Assembly: GCA_977030845.1 (NCBI GenBank)
Contig: OZ365111.1
Location: 43,772,001 to 43,836,000 of the forward strand
Length of the DNA: 64,000 bases
Source: Fimbriosthenelais zetlandica
Lineage: Eukaryota
Reading direction: 5' to 3'
Positions 36,601-50,279 of the stretch are shown in pieces. The notes beneath the pieces were generated by a model that ran no database searches, was not told the origin of the DNA, and was given only the letters and a program-made list of their open reading frames with translations. Both the position numbers and the translations under genes were made by a program. The stretch's first letter is position 1; each line of letters begins with the position of its first letter.

Positions 36601-39600
36601 AACGTGTAAGTATTTTAATATATAGATTCTCTTGGGAAATGTCAATTGGAATAATCAATGCAAAAATATTTAGCGAATTAAATCGTTCAATTTCAATTTA
36701 ATATATCTAGTGCTGTCTTAACAGAACTATAAGTATTGGGACTATAGTTTACCAATTATTCCTTCCTATAGCAAAAACAAGGAGTGAGTTCCCCGACCCA
36801 GGCCAGCCCCCCTGGCAAGAAACGTCAGTTCCTGCGTCGAGGAGAAGGTATAGCTCGCTTCAGTAATGGTACAGCAGGTCGCAGACCGTCACCCACCAAA
36901 AAGAGGCCCAGGAGCCGAAGTAGAGGCCCGGAGAAAAAAACAACAGACAATACAGAGAGGGTGGAGCAGAGGAGTGGTAGGAACACCGCGGATGGAAGCG
37001 GAGACGGACCCAGTAATAGACAGAAAACCCAGCTCCCAGACATGCCCCATACAAGGGCCCTACCTCCTAAGGTGCGCCTATTTATATTGTTTGTTAGAAA
37101 TTTAATTTCATTCCACCCAAATTTTCTAGCTTTTATTTTCTTTTCTCCCAAACTTTCCGAATTTCATTGTACTCACATTTTCATCACAGGGCAATAGAAG
37201 AACACCTGAGAATGCAGCTAATCAAAAACCAGCTTCAAAAGTTAATCAACGCAAACCAAATCAAGCACAGAAACCCGGTGCAGGTAGTCAGCGCTCAGTA
37301 GGTAAACCCGGGTCTAAACCTCCACAACCACAGGGCAAGCGTCTACTACTGAATAAAGCTACACCCATCATTAAACCTGATAATATAGAGAAACCAGCTC
37401 CTGAGACGCCGTCACTCACTGAGGCTGATTCAGACAGCGATCCTAGAAGTGTTCATGATACACCCAGTAAATACTCCGATACCAGCAGCTTAGGTGAGTA
37501 CTCTATAGTGGGCTAATCTACCTGAATCCTCATAGATCTCCTAGATTAATAGTAAAGCAATAAATACAGAATATATAGATAGATAGTGCCAAAATTTGGA
37601 CCTACATAAAGATAGATTTTTCCTGCCAGGTAGGGCTAGAATAGAAGCTAGCCTGCTATGAACGGATGAATGAAATACTTGGAATAAAAATGGATGAATA
37701 GAAAAAAAATCCAATACCTGATCAACGAGAGTAAATTAAAGCTTAGTTTTACTCGTTGACCTGATAGATAAATTGAATACACCCTAAAGGAAAAATAAAT
37801 AACGTATTTTAAAATTTAAAAAAAACTTTTTCAGAAATTTGAATTAGTACCGTTTCATGATATAAATATTCATGTTTTGTTTTGCTATATTCATGTTTTG
37901 TTTTGCTAACCCTGGCTTCTCTGATACAATAATGTCCAACTCTTTCATAAATAATAAATGTCTTTGTCTTTTACCAGGAGAGACGTCGTTCCGGGCTCGG
38001 CTCACCGCCCGGGCTGAGCTGGAGGTGTATGAGAAGCATGACTTAGAGGAGTTTGAGATGTTAGAACAATACGCTGACGACAATGTTTCCTTCCTCAGTA
38101 ATGTCTCAGCCGTCAACAGGCTGGTCCAGGAAACAAGAGTGAGTCCATACTATTATCACAGGATTCATGGAAATTAGTGGAATATTAGAAAACCGTTTTC
38201 CAGTATTGAGAATTCCTGGGAGACCTGTCATACTCCTGGAAAAGTTCAGAAAAATGATAAATAATTTTCTGGCAAAATCTCAGTTCATTGTCATTTTCAA
38301 AGTGTTCATTTAAACTATGTTTTACTTTATTCTAGGGAACTTCAAAGGCGCAAATGCCTTCCAATTATGTCAAGTAAGTATCCAATATTCATATTTCAAA
38401 TTATTGTTCATATTTTTCTATTAATTTATAATAAGAAAAAACACTCATTTTCTGTCCTACATACTTCTTGGTTTAAAGCTTTAAAAATAAATCTTCTAAT
38501 TCCAGTTTTGGGGGAAATCTCATGACTCATTGTATAGTGATTATTTTATCATCTTTCTCAGAAATCGATCGTCTCAAGTTCCCAAAGATGTCATTTCCAC
38601 CCCTGTCACCACCCCGGCAGTTCCAGTCATCACCAAACCCTGCCCTAAAACCACCCATAAAGACGACCCATCCATCTCCTCCTCCTCCGATAGTGGCGAC
38701 GGCACTTCTGTAACTTCTGATTTTGATGAAGAACCACAAATAACCGCACGAGAAAAGAAAGATAACCATAGAGAGGATGATCTAGATAATACTTTAGTGG
38801 ATTCAAACGATGTCAAAACAGACCCACCCCCTCTAACAAATACCTGTACAGAGACCAATGCTGAGACTGTGAACTTTCTAAAGCCAGTACAGAGGAAGGT
38901 CGCAGTGAAGACCCAATCTAAACAGTCTGATCTGGATTCAGTCAGTCTCAGGAAGAATATCCTGGCATCAGTCCAACAGTTCAGTGACTCAGATGCTGAG
39001 GTGAGGAACAGTAGAGAGTCGGATGCCATGTCCGATGGAGAGGAGGGGGGTAAGCATTCTGAGAACACTTTATACGGTGCTAATCAAAAATCTCACTCAT
39101 CTCCACCAACTGATAACATAGATAAGGTTCAATCTAGTGATAGGAACATACACATATACCAGCCTGAATATATAGACACCACAGATGATGAGAAGTCCAC
39201 AGACGATGTCATGAAGGTTTTAAAGGAGGAAGTGAAGCCCGTGACGTCACAATTTGATTTTAATGATGACGAGGAATGGAATGAGAGTCAGTGTGAGGGA
39301 GAGGAAGAATCTCCCATTCCAACGTCTACTGAAAGTTTAATCACCAACCAAGTCATCAGAAAATCCATTCTCAACAGAGAAACCGGTAAGAACAACCCTT
39401 CGAAGAATTAGGATTGCTTTCAGATATATAATTCCATAAGTACATTCAGTATACATTGGCCACTGCCATAAACATTAATTTTCTCATGCTCATAATTCCA
39501 AATTATAGTACAAATGTATATTAAATATTCATATTTCTTGTCAAGTTTAAGCTTTAAAATTAACTTATATTCATTGAATTTACTTTTCTAGTTTTGCCAA

Positions 39601-42600
39601 AACCACCCGTGGAGGATGCATCACCCACAGTACCCCCAACTTCTCAGCTGGTCGGAAAGTTATTCCCCAAACTTAAACAAGACAAACCTAAACCTAAAAT
39701 AGATCCCAGGGACGAGCAGAAGCTGGTGCAGGCCAGGAAAGCGGAGCCGAGTGAAGGCGTGCAGTCTAAACAACTGAGAGACAAACTGATGGAGCTGGAA
39801 CAGGAGATAGAGAAGTTCAGATCAGAGAACAATGCTCTAGCCAAGCTCAGGAAGGACAGAGAAGATGTGAGTTGACCATTTTTAGGATCTTACTTAAATT
39901 TAACAATATCTGAAAAATGAATTGCAATTAATTTCATTTCCTTATACATGTATATTACATTAAATGTAAATTTATGATTATTGTTGAGAAGCTTATAAAT
40001 CGTATGGACTATTCGACATTGAAATGCTATTGCTGCCGTTGAAGAATAGCAGGCCATTGCATGCCATTATTATGTTTCTTGAGTTTCTTGATTTAAATAA
40101 ATATTACATTAAAATGCGGCTTAAAAATTGATTTGTTTTTGTCAATTTGAACTCAGGGTCTGGAGCAGCTAAAGAAGGAAATGGTGGAATTTGAGAAACA
40201 GAAAGACGGTGAACTTCGTCGTCTTCAAGAATTTAAATCTGAGGAAATGAAGAAATTAAAGTAAGTTGTTTGTTAGACGTTGTTCTGTGAATCCAAATAA
40301 ATGATAACTTTCCTTTTCTCTGAGAAAAAAAAAGTAAGAAAAATTCAGAGGATAGTCAGTAATAAAAAGATGAAGAAAAGGATCAAAATTCTGTATTAAT
40401 TTTTTTTCAGGCGCGAGAGAAAACAATTTGAGGTTTACCAGCAGAATATTCGAGCCATGCCTAATAAGAAGGAGCGAGAAGAAATAGAAACTTTAAAGAC
40501 ACAGGTAAATATATAGCGAACAGAAACACCTGAATTCCTAAGTTACATTGGTTTAAACATGTTATTAATTTTAAACCATTTCTCTCAGCTTTCAGACTTG
40601 CAGGATGAAATAAAGAGGAAAGAGTCCAGATGGACTTCTGGTATGGCTCGCCTGCGGGAAAAATGTGAATCTTTAACTTCAGAAAATGATGAACTGAAGG
40701 AAGAGATCAAAATATTAGAGAAACAAAGACTAGCAGCCTGGCAAAGGAAAGAAGCCGCACCTAAGGTAACACGGGGAGAAAATATGTTGATTTTAGAAGC
40801 AAGATGTCAAGTACTTTGTAGTTTATCCCTGAGTAAATTCCTATTTCTTAGTATTTCACTGGGTACTTTTGTTACTATTGTCCTAAGCTTTTAGAAGAAA
40901 AACATTTTCACTTTTGAAACAAAAAGAAATCTATTTTACGCAGGCTTTTGAATCTGATTTATTTGGAATAGATAGTGAACAAGTGATAAGTTAAATATTC
41001 CCAAAGTGAAATTCTGATTGATATCCCTTTGTTTTCCAGACTAAGGAGGAACCTCGAGTTGCAGCAGGAGCGAGTAGTAAGGCAGCAGGAGCCGCCAGCA
41101 GTCAGCAGGTGAAAAGCTCGAGTCAGGTAAAGACCACGAGTCAAGCTGACACCCAGCCTACCCGCCCAGCAGCAGGCGGCACCCGGGACATCCCCCTCCC
41201 TAACACCAACAACCTAGATCTCAACGACTCAGATCTCAAAGGTAAGAGACTAGTGGTAGTCTTGTATCTTATATCTTACTTCTCTAGATTTTTTTTCTCA
41301 AAAGTGCATAACAGATGTAGACCGGGTTCATAGAATCATGGAAAGTCCTGGGATGCCCTGGGAAATAAAGGGGAAAAAGATTCCAAGTACTTGAACATCC
41401 TGGAAATCACTCAGACTCCTGGAATTTTGGTCGCGGAAAACTACTATTTTATCCTGGAAATGCCATGTCTCCTCAAAAAGACCCTGGTATGAAATTAAAT
41501 GACCGATACATGTATGTATACATTTTGATGAAAAGATATACGCCTTTTGACAATGGTCATGTATTGTATTGCAGCTGCAGCAGAACCTCCCACGCCACAC
41601 AAAGCTGCCCAAAAGGTGTCGGAGAATGGACTGAATCAGACTGGCCAAAACACTGGACTGCCACCACCATCGTATGTTTCTTCTTTTCACTCCGTATTTG
41701 TAACACATTAAACTCTAGTGTAACAATATATTGATCCTCTATAAATGATGTGTATTTCCTTCCCTTGCAGTCATAGATATCCCATAATAAATGGGATATC
41801 TGTGGCTTTGTAATGCAGTAACAATCTCAGAGATTTAAATGACTGTGCGTCCCACAAGCCTGGTTTAAATTTTTCCTTTTCTATGTTGTGTTTAATGTTT
41901 AGATCTGAGCCGGCGGCGTCTGGGGAAGTTCAGCGATCGATACCCAGGAAACGTGCTGTACCTCAGAACATCACAGACACCGTGGACAAAGGCAACGAGG
42001 AGTACGAGGAGATCCAGCACACCGATGGCAAGGTAACCAATACTTATTAATAATCCTGAAAATACAATCTCGAAAATTGTTAATTAGTCGTGAAAAATTC
42101 ACAATATTTTAGCATTAAATATTAACTCATAAAATATATTGTGGCGTATGATTTTTGTTTCCAGGTGGAGAAGATCTATGCAAATGGGGCCCGGGAGATC
42201 CTGTTCGCCAATGGGACAAGAAAGCAAGTGTCTTCAGATGGACAGTCTATAATAGTCTCATTCTTCAACGGCGACATGAAGCAAATATTACCTGATCAAA
42301 GAGTGGTAAGCATGCAACCTGAAACTGTTCAGATCTGGGAAATTCGTTGTTCGTTAGAAATGAAATGGACTTGGAAATAAACTAACTACATCTTGACTTT
42401 CAGGTCTACTACTATTCCGAAGCCCAAACTAGCCACACAACATATCCAGATGGTCTTGAAATCTTACAGTTCCCTAAGTAAGTGTTTTATATCATACCTG
42501 ATCATATTCTTTTAAAATAATCACTTTTCATGAAACAGATTATGGCTAAAGTAACACTCCTTTGTTATTTTTCAGTCAACAAATGGAGAAACATTACCCG

Positions 42601-43246
42601 GATGGTACCAAAGAAATCGTATTTCCGGACCAAACGATCAAGTACCTCTTCCCTAACGGGGTGGAGGAGAGCATTCATGCTGATGGTACGGTTATCAGGG
42701 TAGAGAAGTCTGGGCAGAAAACCGTGGAGTTTCCTAATGGCCAGCGGGAGGTCCACACTGAACAATATAAGGTAACTTTGTACCAAATTCTTTTAGACAT
42801 CAAATGTCCCAAAAGGGCACCAGTGCCAATATTGATTTTAAAAAAATACTGAAGTCCCTGGGAACCAGTCTGCAACTAAATGGAAAGAAATTTTCCTGCG
42901 TGTCTTTTAGTAATAAACGTACATTAATTGTCATAATCTGAAGCTCATATAAAGAGCCGCTAAATTTTAGGGACGATTTATATAAATGTATTCTATAAGA
43001 TTCTATATGCAGTGTATATTGCAGAACAAATATAATACAACAAAAATATCCGTTTACATCTCGTATTGTGTTGATACATATGATTTGTTTTTTAACAAAC
43101 ATTTTTTTTTAACACAGAGACGAGAATATCCAGACGGAACAGTGAAGACGGTCTATCCGGACGGCCGTCAGGAAACTCGATACTCTTCAGGACGAGTCCG
43201 AGTCAAAGATAATCAAGGAAATGTTATAATAGACAAGAGAATGTAG
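33657..43246 (+). CDS. CENPJ: Centromere protein J / SAS-4 / CPAP, about 1622 aa
   Basis: 22 frame-consistent coding exons: 33657-34215, 34439-34663, 34974-35092, 35513-36118, 36315-36369, 36547-36605, 36772-37071, 37190-37493, 37978-38138, 38336-38373, 38562-39385, 39592-39866, 40157-40260, 40411-40504, 40589-40765, 41040-41241, 41575-41671, 41903-42032, 42165-42305, 42404-42477, 42576-42771, 43118-43246. Motifs: [51 protein letters not shown], a coiled coil, and TCP10/G-box repeats ([38 protein letters not shown]). Confidence 0.93.
34674..34750 (+). mobile_element. tRNA-derived SINE head (or tRNA pseudogene) in a CENPJ intron
   Basis: A-box TAGCTCAGTGGTTAGAGC and B-box GGTTCAATCCC (34738-34748), with over-long spacing and no acceptor stem. 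Confidence 0.65.
37866..37907. repeat. 21-bp perfect tandem repeat (two copies) in a CENPJ intron
   Basis: ATATTCATGTTTTGTTTTGCT x2. Confidence 0.9.
41322..41493. mobile_element. Degenerate non-autonomous DNA element with CCTGGAA subrepeats in a CENPJ intron
   Basis: Begins CCGGGTTCATA and ends ACCCTGGTATGAA; five CCTGG(A/G)A repeats. A similar fragment lies at about 38195-38275. Confidence 0.45.
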
Positions 43247-44517
43247 AATAATGTAAAGCCTGTTCACCTGTTGTACCACTTATGTTTATTTATTGAATAA
43301 TAGTATAGAATTACAGCGGTAAAGAGTAAGGATTTCCAAATGGAAAATATGCATCTCGATTGCTCCAGTGGCGTGAGCCTGGTTCAAAGAGAACCTACTC
43401 TCGGTGTGTCTAGGAAGGGGTCATTAAGTAGTAAATATTTTACCTGTTTAGATGTAATTTACAAAGGACTTATTCGTGTATGTGTATATATATGACAGAA
43501 AAGTGCCTTTAATTTCTATACATATTTCCATGACAAGATAACAGTGGACTTAACGTGAGTGAATTTCATTGGAGTGGTGTTATATGAGGCCTGTTTGCAA
43601 CCCCTTTAATCATTGTACAACCAATACCTCACAAGATATGGAATTACCCGGTAGTCACCACCATTGCGGAGATATTTTGTATATAAATTTATAGCCTGTT
43701 AGAATCTAACAGTATTTGTAAATAAGGCCGCATACTTTCGAAGGGATGCCCATGAACGGATTTCGCGAGGTACTATGGTCAAAATGATAACGGTTAGAAT
43801 ATGTTCACTTTCAATTCCTGAATTATACACAGTGTCCTTTGATATGTATTTTGTATAGTGTTTATAAGACATTTTGAATATGTATCTGTTTCGAGACTAT
43901 ATTTTATTGCCTCCTTGTCCCTCAATCCCTCGCAAGTATTGTCTTGTACAGCATTCCCGCTCATTGGACATTTTCACTTCAAAAATCCTCATGAAAAATA
44001 CTCGATAATGAAAGACTTATGAAGTGCCAAGTTTTTGCCATCTTTGAAGTTGATATTTTAGAAAACAAAGCATTGTAGGGTACTTCTCAGAATTCCATGC
44101 ATGTCTGCGTAATGAGAATTCCATGCATATTGCATCAAGGTACTTATCAGATTCCAGTATTCATAGTGGAATAGAACTTAAAGTTTTAAAATTAAATTTA
44201 TATCGCAAGCATTGACTGAGCGCTGTTGGATATGAGATCTTTACATTGTCCACTATCTTATCTGCTCGTCAAAAAGTGTATATCCGTCCTAGTAAAATGA
44301 ATAAGAAAATTTTATACTACAATATTTTCTCTTGTTTTATTCATTACATCTTTTTATTCATCAAAAATGAAAACATAATTTATGGCAATCCTTCACAAAA
44401 TAGCACGGCATCTTCATGAATTGTTACTAGTATGAAAATATCACAATCGGAGCGCTTCTCTGGAAACATTTACGTGGTATTTGAAGATATGACATTTTGA
44501 ATAATTTTCTGTTCACA

Positions 44518-44874
44518 TCACTTGGTAGGCATCCTCTTGAATACAATTGGCTTGGCATGTTGAGGCTCGAACACGTGGAAAACCACAAAGAGTATCAGTC
44601 CTACAATCACCATGAAGCCTGTCAGTGATGTCAACACTATCCTCCCTATCACATAATTATCGTAGATGACTATATCATTCCCCTTGTCTTCACCAGGGCC
44701 ACGAGGGAAGAAGATAAGGATAATAGTAGCAACCAACGAGACAAATATTAGGATAACACCAATGTTGGCAATGGCGCCTCGTGCTCGAGAAAAGCCCATA
44801 CATAGAACAATGGTTAGAACCCAGAGAAAGGCGAGGATGAAGAGTCCAATTCCTATTCCAGCGACCAGTACCAT
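44518..44874 (-). CDS. TMEM218: Transmembrane protein 218 (ciliary transition zone), 118 aa
   Basis: Three hydrophobic helices: GIGIGLFILAFLW..SRARG, LIFFPR, IGRIVL..VFEPQHAKP, matching the TMEM218 pattern. Single coding exon; non-coding first-exon donor near 45217 and acceptor near 44990. Confidence 0.88.
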   Translation of the reverse strand: MVLVAGIGIGLFILAFLWVLTIVLCMGFSRARGAIANIGVILIFVSLVATIILIFFPRGPGEDKGNDIVIYDNYVIGRIVLTSLTGFMVIVGLILFVVFHVFEPQHAKPIVFKRMPTK

Positions 44875-45214
44875 GCTGATTTCAGTCGTCTGTATTTATC
44901 TAATTCTTGGTTGAAATCTAATGTTGTTCAGGGATTTGTAGCTGCCTGAATGGAGGGTAGATTCAGATCTTCTGAGGTATCATAATGCCTGTAAATGAAA
45001 AAAATGTTAAATATTGGAATTAAAATTCGTTGGGACGTGTAGGGGAACAGAAATCATAGCTTTACAAATCATAGGCAACTGAGTCTGAGCCTGAACTGGA
45101 GTTGAGCGATTTGAGGGTAAGCCTTAAACCAGCAGGGGGAAATCATGCATTAACAAATGTTTTACACTACATCTATCGAATAAATTATGAAAGTAATGAT
45201 AAGTAAAGCAATCT

Positions 45215-45565
45215 CACCTATTTCCATCCTAAAATAACGAAACCAAATCCCGATAACCGATCAAATTCACAAGTCTGGGCCTGCAAATCCCGCCAGATTT
45301 GTTCAAGTCGGCCATGTTTGTTTACACTTCCGGTGGGTTACTTCCAGTTGTGTCACAAGAAATATATTCCGATGTAACCTGAAATAGGAAGGCCTTCTGT
45401 TCTTTGATGGTTAGCATTTAATATCTATACCATACCCATTATGTTAGTTACTTAATTAGTATTCAAAATATGGTAATAAATTCAATCTAAAGTGTAATTC
45501 AAGTTTTTTACCACCTCTCGGCAGACATTTCAGTATACACCGACTTTCTATTTTGGTGAGGTGAG
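45215..45565. promoter_or_regulatory. Bidirectional promoter between TMEM218 and the ASB gene
   Basis: Minus-strand donor near 45217; YY1-like AAACATGGCCG on the minus strand (45309-45319); ETS CACTTCCGGT (45325-45334); plus-strand donors GTGAGG/GTGAGT near 45557-45562. Confidence 0.6.
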
Positions 45566-46080
45566 TATCGATATCTTTATCAATTTATAGCCAATTTCAT
45601 ATTATCTAGTGTAAAATTTCAATAGTAATCTTGTCATTTCAAAGTTGAGCGTGTGGACGACGGTTAGAGTGATGTCTCAGTAAGAATCGATTGGTAGAAA
45701 ACTTGAGTAGGAGTAAGATATCCCATCCCCCGCGTCAGGACCCTGCCTCAGTGCCTGGCCTGCTGAGGCCTGAGCCAGGAACTGGCCCTTCCCATGGTCA
45801 TCAGGACCCCTTGGCCTTGGTATTTCCTGTATTTTACCCTGTTTCTGTCAGGTGCAATATGTGTTATGTCTTTACACCTGTTTCTTTCTTAATTATATTT
45901 CCTGGAAATTTTGCTAAGGATTGTTAGATACCATGTTAAAAAAAATTGTTTGTAGCTATTTCCTTTTATCACCTTGGCCTGGGTTTATTGGATACCTTGA
46001 TATATTCATTTTAGGCTCAAGTCCTCTCCTGTCCAACCTGGGTGTTGAAAGGACGGTGATAGATCAAAAAGACATCCGAG

Positions 46081-48146
46081 ATGGCAGATGATCAAGACCA
46101 GGAGCAAACAGTTTCGTAAGTTAAAATTAAAACCAGTGTTACCACCCCCCAAAATGTGTACCCGGTAGTGTACTATTAGCCCTATACGTCTATGTGGTGT
46201 TATAGTATAGACTATAATATAGGTATTTCTATATAGCGTGAAATTGTCAACCTTTAATCTAAACAGGAGACCTTTTTTTAAAATTTATTAATAGAATTTT
46301 TTAAGAGTAGGCCTACCTTTTCTGAAGTGACAACTGTAATTCAATAATTTTCTGTATTTTTTTTTTCAGGATGGCCGAGGTGGCGGACCAGGACCTGCTG
46401 CAGGGCCTGTTGAATTCCCGCCGATGGACTCGCCGTGAACTTGGCCAGATGCTCCTCCAAGCCGCCCGTGGGTCACACACCGAGAGCTTCCTCCTTCTAC
46501 TGGACCACCGAGCCCCGCCCACCGCCAAAGATACAGGCGACAGAAACTCCCTCCATCTGGTCCTAAGATATGGTTTAGGCAACTTCGTCATCCTCCGCGC
46601 CTGCCTTCAATCACTGAAGAAACATTTAAACACACAAATCAACTGTAAGGACAGGAAAGGCTACACTCCCTTGTATTATGCTGCTGATCGAGGTTACAAT
46701 GAATGTGTTACAGAACTCATTAAAGCTGGTGTAAATCTTGATCAAACATCATCATATGACAAAGACACTGCTCTCATGATTGCTGCCAGTAAGGGTTTGC
46801 TGGATACAGTAAGAATACTCATAGAAGCTGGGGCCAGCGTCCACAAGAAAAATTTCTTCTGGTACACAGCTCTCATCCTTGCTGCTCAGAGAGGCCAGGC
46901 GCATTGTGTGCAGGCATTGATCAATGCTGGGGCTAAAATACACGCAGTTGATTATTCAGGTCATAATGCACTTACTAAAGCCGCTGAGAATGGCAGTGTT
47001 GAGACAGTAAAAGTTCTCATTGAAAATGGAGCTACAGTGAATGGGACTGAAAGCACTGGTCGCTCGGCGCTCTTTCTCGCAGCCTCCTATCAGCATCACG
47101 CTGTGGTGGACTATTTATTATCAGTGGGAGCTGATGTGAATCTTGCCAATGGTAGCGGATTCTCACCCTTCCTCATGGCCATTAAAAGAGATGATCTAGC
47201 ATTGATACAGAAGTTAATCATTCACGGCTGTAATGTCATGCAGGTGTATATGTTAGAAGGCAATGCTGTACATATGGCCTGCCTCAGCAATAGTTATAAC
47301 TGTCTCAAGTATCTCCTTGAATCCGAGCATGGACCTAAATATATAGAGACCATTGACAAGACAGATGAAAAGGGGAAAACCCCACTGACTCTCTCATGTG
47401 AACGAGTGTGTGTTGAGAATGTCATGACTTTATTACTGCACGGTGCAAATCCTGATCTGTTAGATAAACATGGTAGAAGTCCACTGACCTGTGCTATCCG
47501 CGGTTATTCCATATTCCCACTCTATGTGACCAAGACCATCAAAGTCCTGCTACGTTACGGTTGTAACGTTAACCAGAGGGCTCGCTTGGAAACAGCGGTC
47601 ATTTGTAGGCACGATGGCCATCGCTATCGTATGTCTGACCTCCAGTTGCCATTTGAAGTGGCTATCCGCCTTGGTCAAGTGGCTATTGCTAAGATGCTAT
47701 GGGTGGCTGGGAGTGAGTGGGGAGAGACCTTCTCATGGTCTGAGTCCAACCTGCCCTGGTATAACTTTGCCAATTTCACAATCAATGTTAATGATAATGA
47801 CAAGAAGGAGACGCTAGATTTCCTCAATACAATCTCTCAGGAGCCGCATTGTCTTGCCCATCATTGCCGTGCCGTCATAAGACGTAATCTTGGTTACAAC
47901 ATTGAGAATAAAGTACAGAAATTATGTCTACCTGAGACCCTCAAAGAGTTTCTCAGTATCCCTGAACTGGATGTGATCGAGGAAGAATTCGCTGCACTCA
48001 ATCAACCCCCATGCGATAATTCAGAGTCAGAAGATGGTATCTTGTCCGATTCTGATCTGACTGAAACGACGGATGAAGATTCGGATGTGCCGGCTTGTCC
48101 GTCAGATGAGTCGCTGGACGATGACGAGGACGATGATGATGATTGA
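46081..48146 (+). CDS. Ankyrin repeat and SOCS box (ASB-like) protein with acidic tail, about 603 aa
   Basis: Exon 46081-46115 (MADDQDQEQTVS; in-frame stop upstream at 46060) splices in frame to 46370-48146. About 10 ankyrin repeats (GYTPLYYAA, DTALMIAA, TALILAA, GRSALFLAA, GKTPLTLSC). SOCS box EPHCLAHHCRAVIRRNLG..LCLPETLKEFL. D/E-rich C-terminus. Confidence 0.88.
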
Positions 48147-49629
48147 ACTTTGGTATTTGTTGATACTTGAACCTGTTAATCTGGTTACCCATCTCTGTTA
48201 TTGTATCGTGTTGAATTCCATATTTCACTCCCAAATATTTGGTTGTATTCATGTACATTTTTCATTTTAATTCAGATTTAATAGGTTTATCACTTTGTAA
48301 TTTCGGTTATATAATGCCTTCAGAAACAGTTATTTGGTTGATAAATTAAGTCACGTTTTATAAAAACTTCATGCATTGTTGGAACCAGTTGGAGATTTCC
48401 AAACTGAATTCCTTTGAGTTTTTGTCCCTATTTCAAAATTTTTAAAATCAGTTATTTTAAAATTTATATTTGTTCAAATGTGAAGTTTAAAGCACCCCGT
48501 CCACATGGTGATTCTGATTCAATTCAGTTAGCGCCGCGTCCTTGACTATCCGACAGTCTTGTTAATATTGTTATAATACATGCATTCGTTTATTCAATTC
48601 ATGACATCATTACTTGTTGCTGGAGTTAAATTTGTCTCGTATTTTACGTCAGACTTGTACGTACTGTACCCGAAAATGTTTTAAATTGTATTTCATGGAT
48701 TTCCTAAATTTATACCTTTTTACGTTTAGGTAATTTTTTTGGAGTGTATTTTTTCTCCCTGATGTATTAGTGCCCTGTTATCTGGTTAATGTTTTTTTTA
48801 TTAGGGAGAAATGAGTATACCGTACATGTATGCCAATATGTTTAGTTCATACTGAGGTGAAAATTATGAATCAGTGATACTGTGTTGTACTGTAGTTAGT
48901 GAAATTCTTCTTTTTTCAGTAGACGCAGTAGACGCACGGCTTTTTAACCATATACAATGTAACTATTGTAATATGAGTATACTTTTACAAGAAAATAGAG
49001 CTTATCCCAATAGTTTATAAATTGCCATTCAACTTCTTCCATTGAATATGTTTATTATGGGCAAATAGAGTTGTCTATATGTTAGTATAACCTCCTGTCA
49101 GATCTAGCAGGAGAGAAGAAATATGGGTTTTCGATTAATTTTTGTTAAATTAAATTTCATACACACATATCGTAGCGCCAGAAATATGGGAAAAAAAACG
49201 TGAGAAATTTAGCTGAGACATTTGAACTGAAAAAGACTGCTGATGCATAGTTATTTATTTCTATCGACAGGGAAAATTACATAATAAATTTGCATTTGTT
49301 ACCAGTATTTGAATATGTTATTATATTAATGCTCCTGGCAGCTTGGAAATCGCGGGAAGAAGTATGGGATATAAATATTGATAGGTTAGATTAATTATGT
49401 TAGAATTAGTTTGAAGTGATTTGCACATTTAGATTTATATATTACCTATAGATTAGAACGGGCAGATGAAAAGAATTTATGTTGTGTAACTTTGTATGAC
49501 TTACCAGATGTTAGGCCTACCCGAAGGCCTATCAGATGTAGGCTACATTGTCCTCAGAACTAGAGATTATTTTTCATTCTAATAATATATATGAATTTTT
49601 CAATTGTAATTGTTCTCTATAGATCTCCC

Positions 49630-49643
49630 AATAAAAGAATAAA
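49630..49643 (+). promoter_or_regulatory. Tandem poly(A) signals, probably of the ASB gene
   Basis: AATAAAAGAATAAA followed by a GT/T-rich stretch (CTGTTTGTATTGATTTTGT). Confidence 0.55.
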
Positions 49644-50279
49644 CGCTGTTTGTATTGATTTTGTACATTCTGTATTACGGTACTTTGCAATTTCGATGGG
49701 AAATTGGTGATGTAGATTTTGGTAAGTTAATTAGTAGATTTCGCCCAAATCAAATTGCCTTTATTTTGCTAAATTTAACATGCACTACTACTGCCACTAG
49801 TTGACTAGCCTATTTAACTTATCTTAGCCGAACCCAGTGTTAATGTGGTCCTCAGTGGCCTAAGCGACTCTTCTCCAGTACTACTCCTCCCACCCTCGCG
49901 CAGGTTATGAGTAAAAGTCGGATTAAGATAGTTGATCATAGCTATAGCAGGTAGCCTTGTACCATAGAAGTGGGAGAGAAACAGTTCTATGCTGGTACCA
50001 AGACCTAACTCGGTTTTACTGGGCGCCCCAGCGCCACCTGGAAAGTAGGCGGGAACCAAGGTATAGGGGGTTGCTAACCGAGCGACACCACATGAGACGG
50101 CCAGTTGGTGAACTACCGGTACTAGGCCTATCTTGGGCTTCGAAGTTTCAAACAAACTTTCGATATAAAAGACATTGATAATACTCATAACAAATTTCTG
50201 AAATACCATTCGATGTTGCTTTTACTTGATGCAAAACTGATATCCTGCAAAAGCATGTGTTTTGGTTCAAGAGGGGCCC

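Noticed and set aside
38574-39068. 164-aa minus-strand ORF and similar antisense ORFs (18582-18962, 25632-25889, 36825-37151, 33948-34205)
   Set aside because: Shadows of real coding exons on the opposite strand.
49814-50209. 131-aa minus-strand ORF upstream of TXNRD2
   Set aside because: No homology recognised; it overlaps a GC-richer repeat-like island with weak inverted ends and has no splice support.
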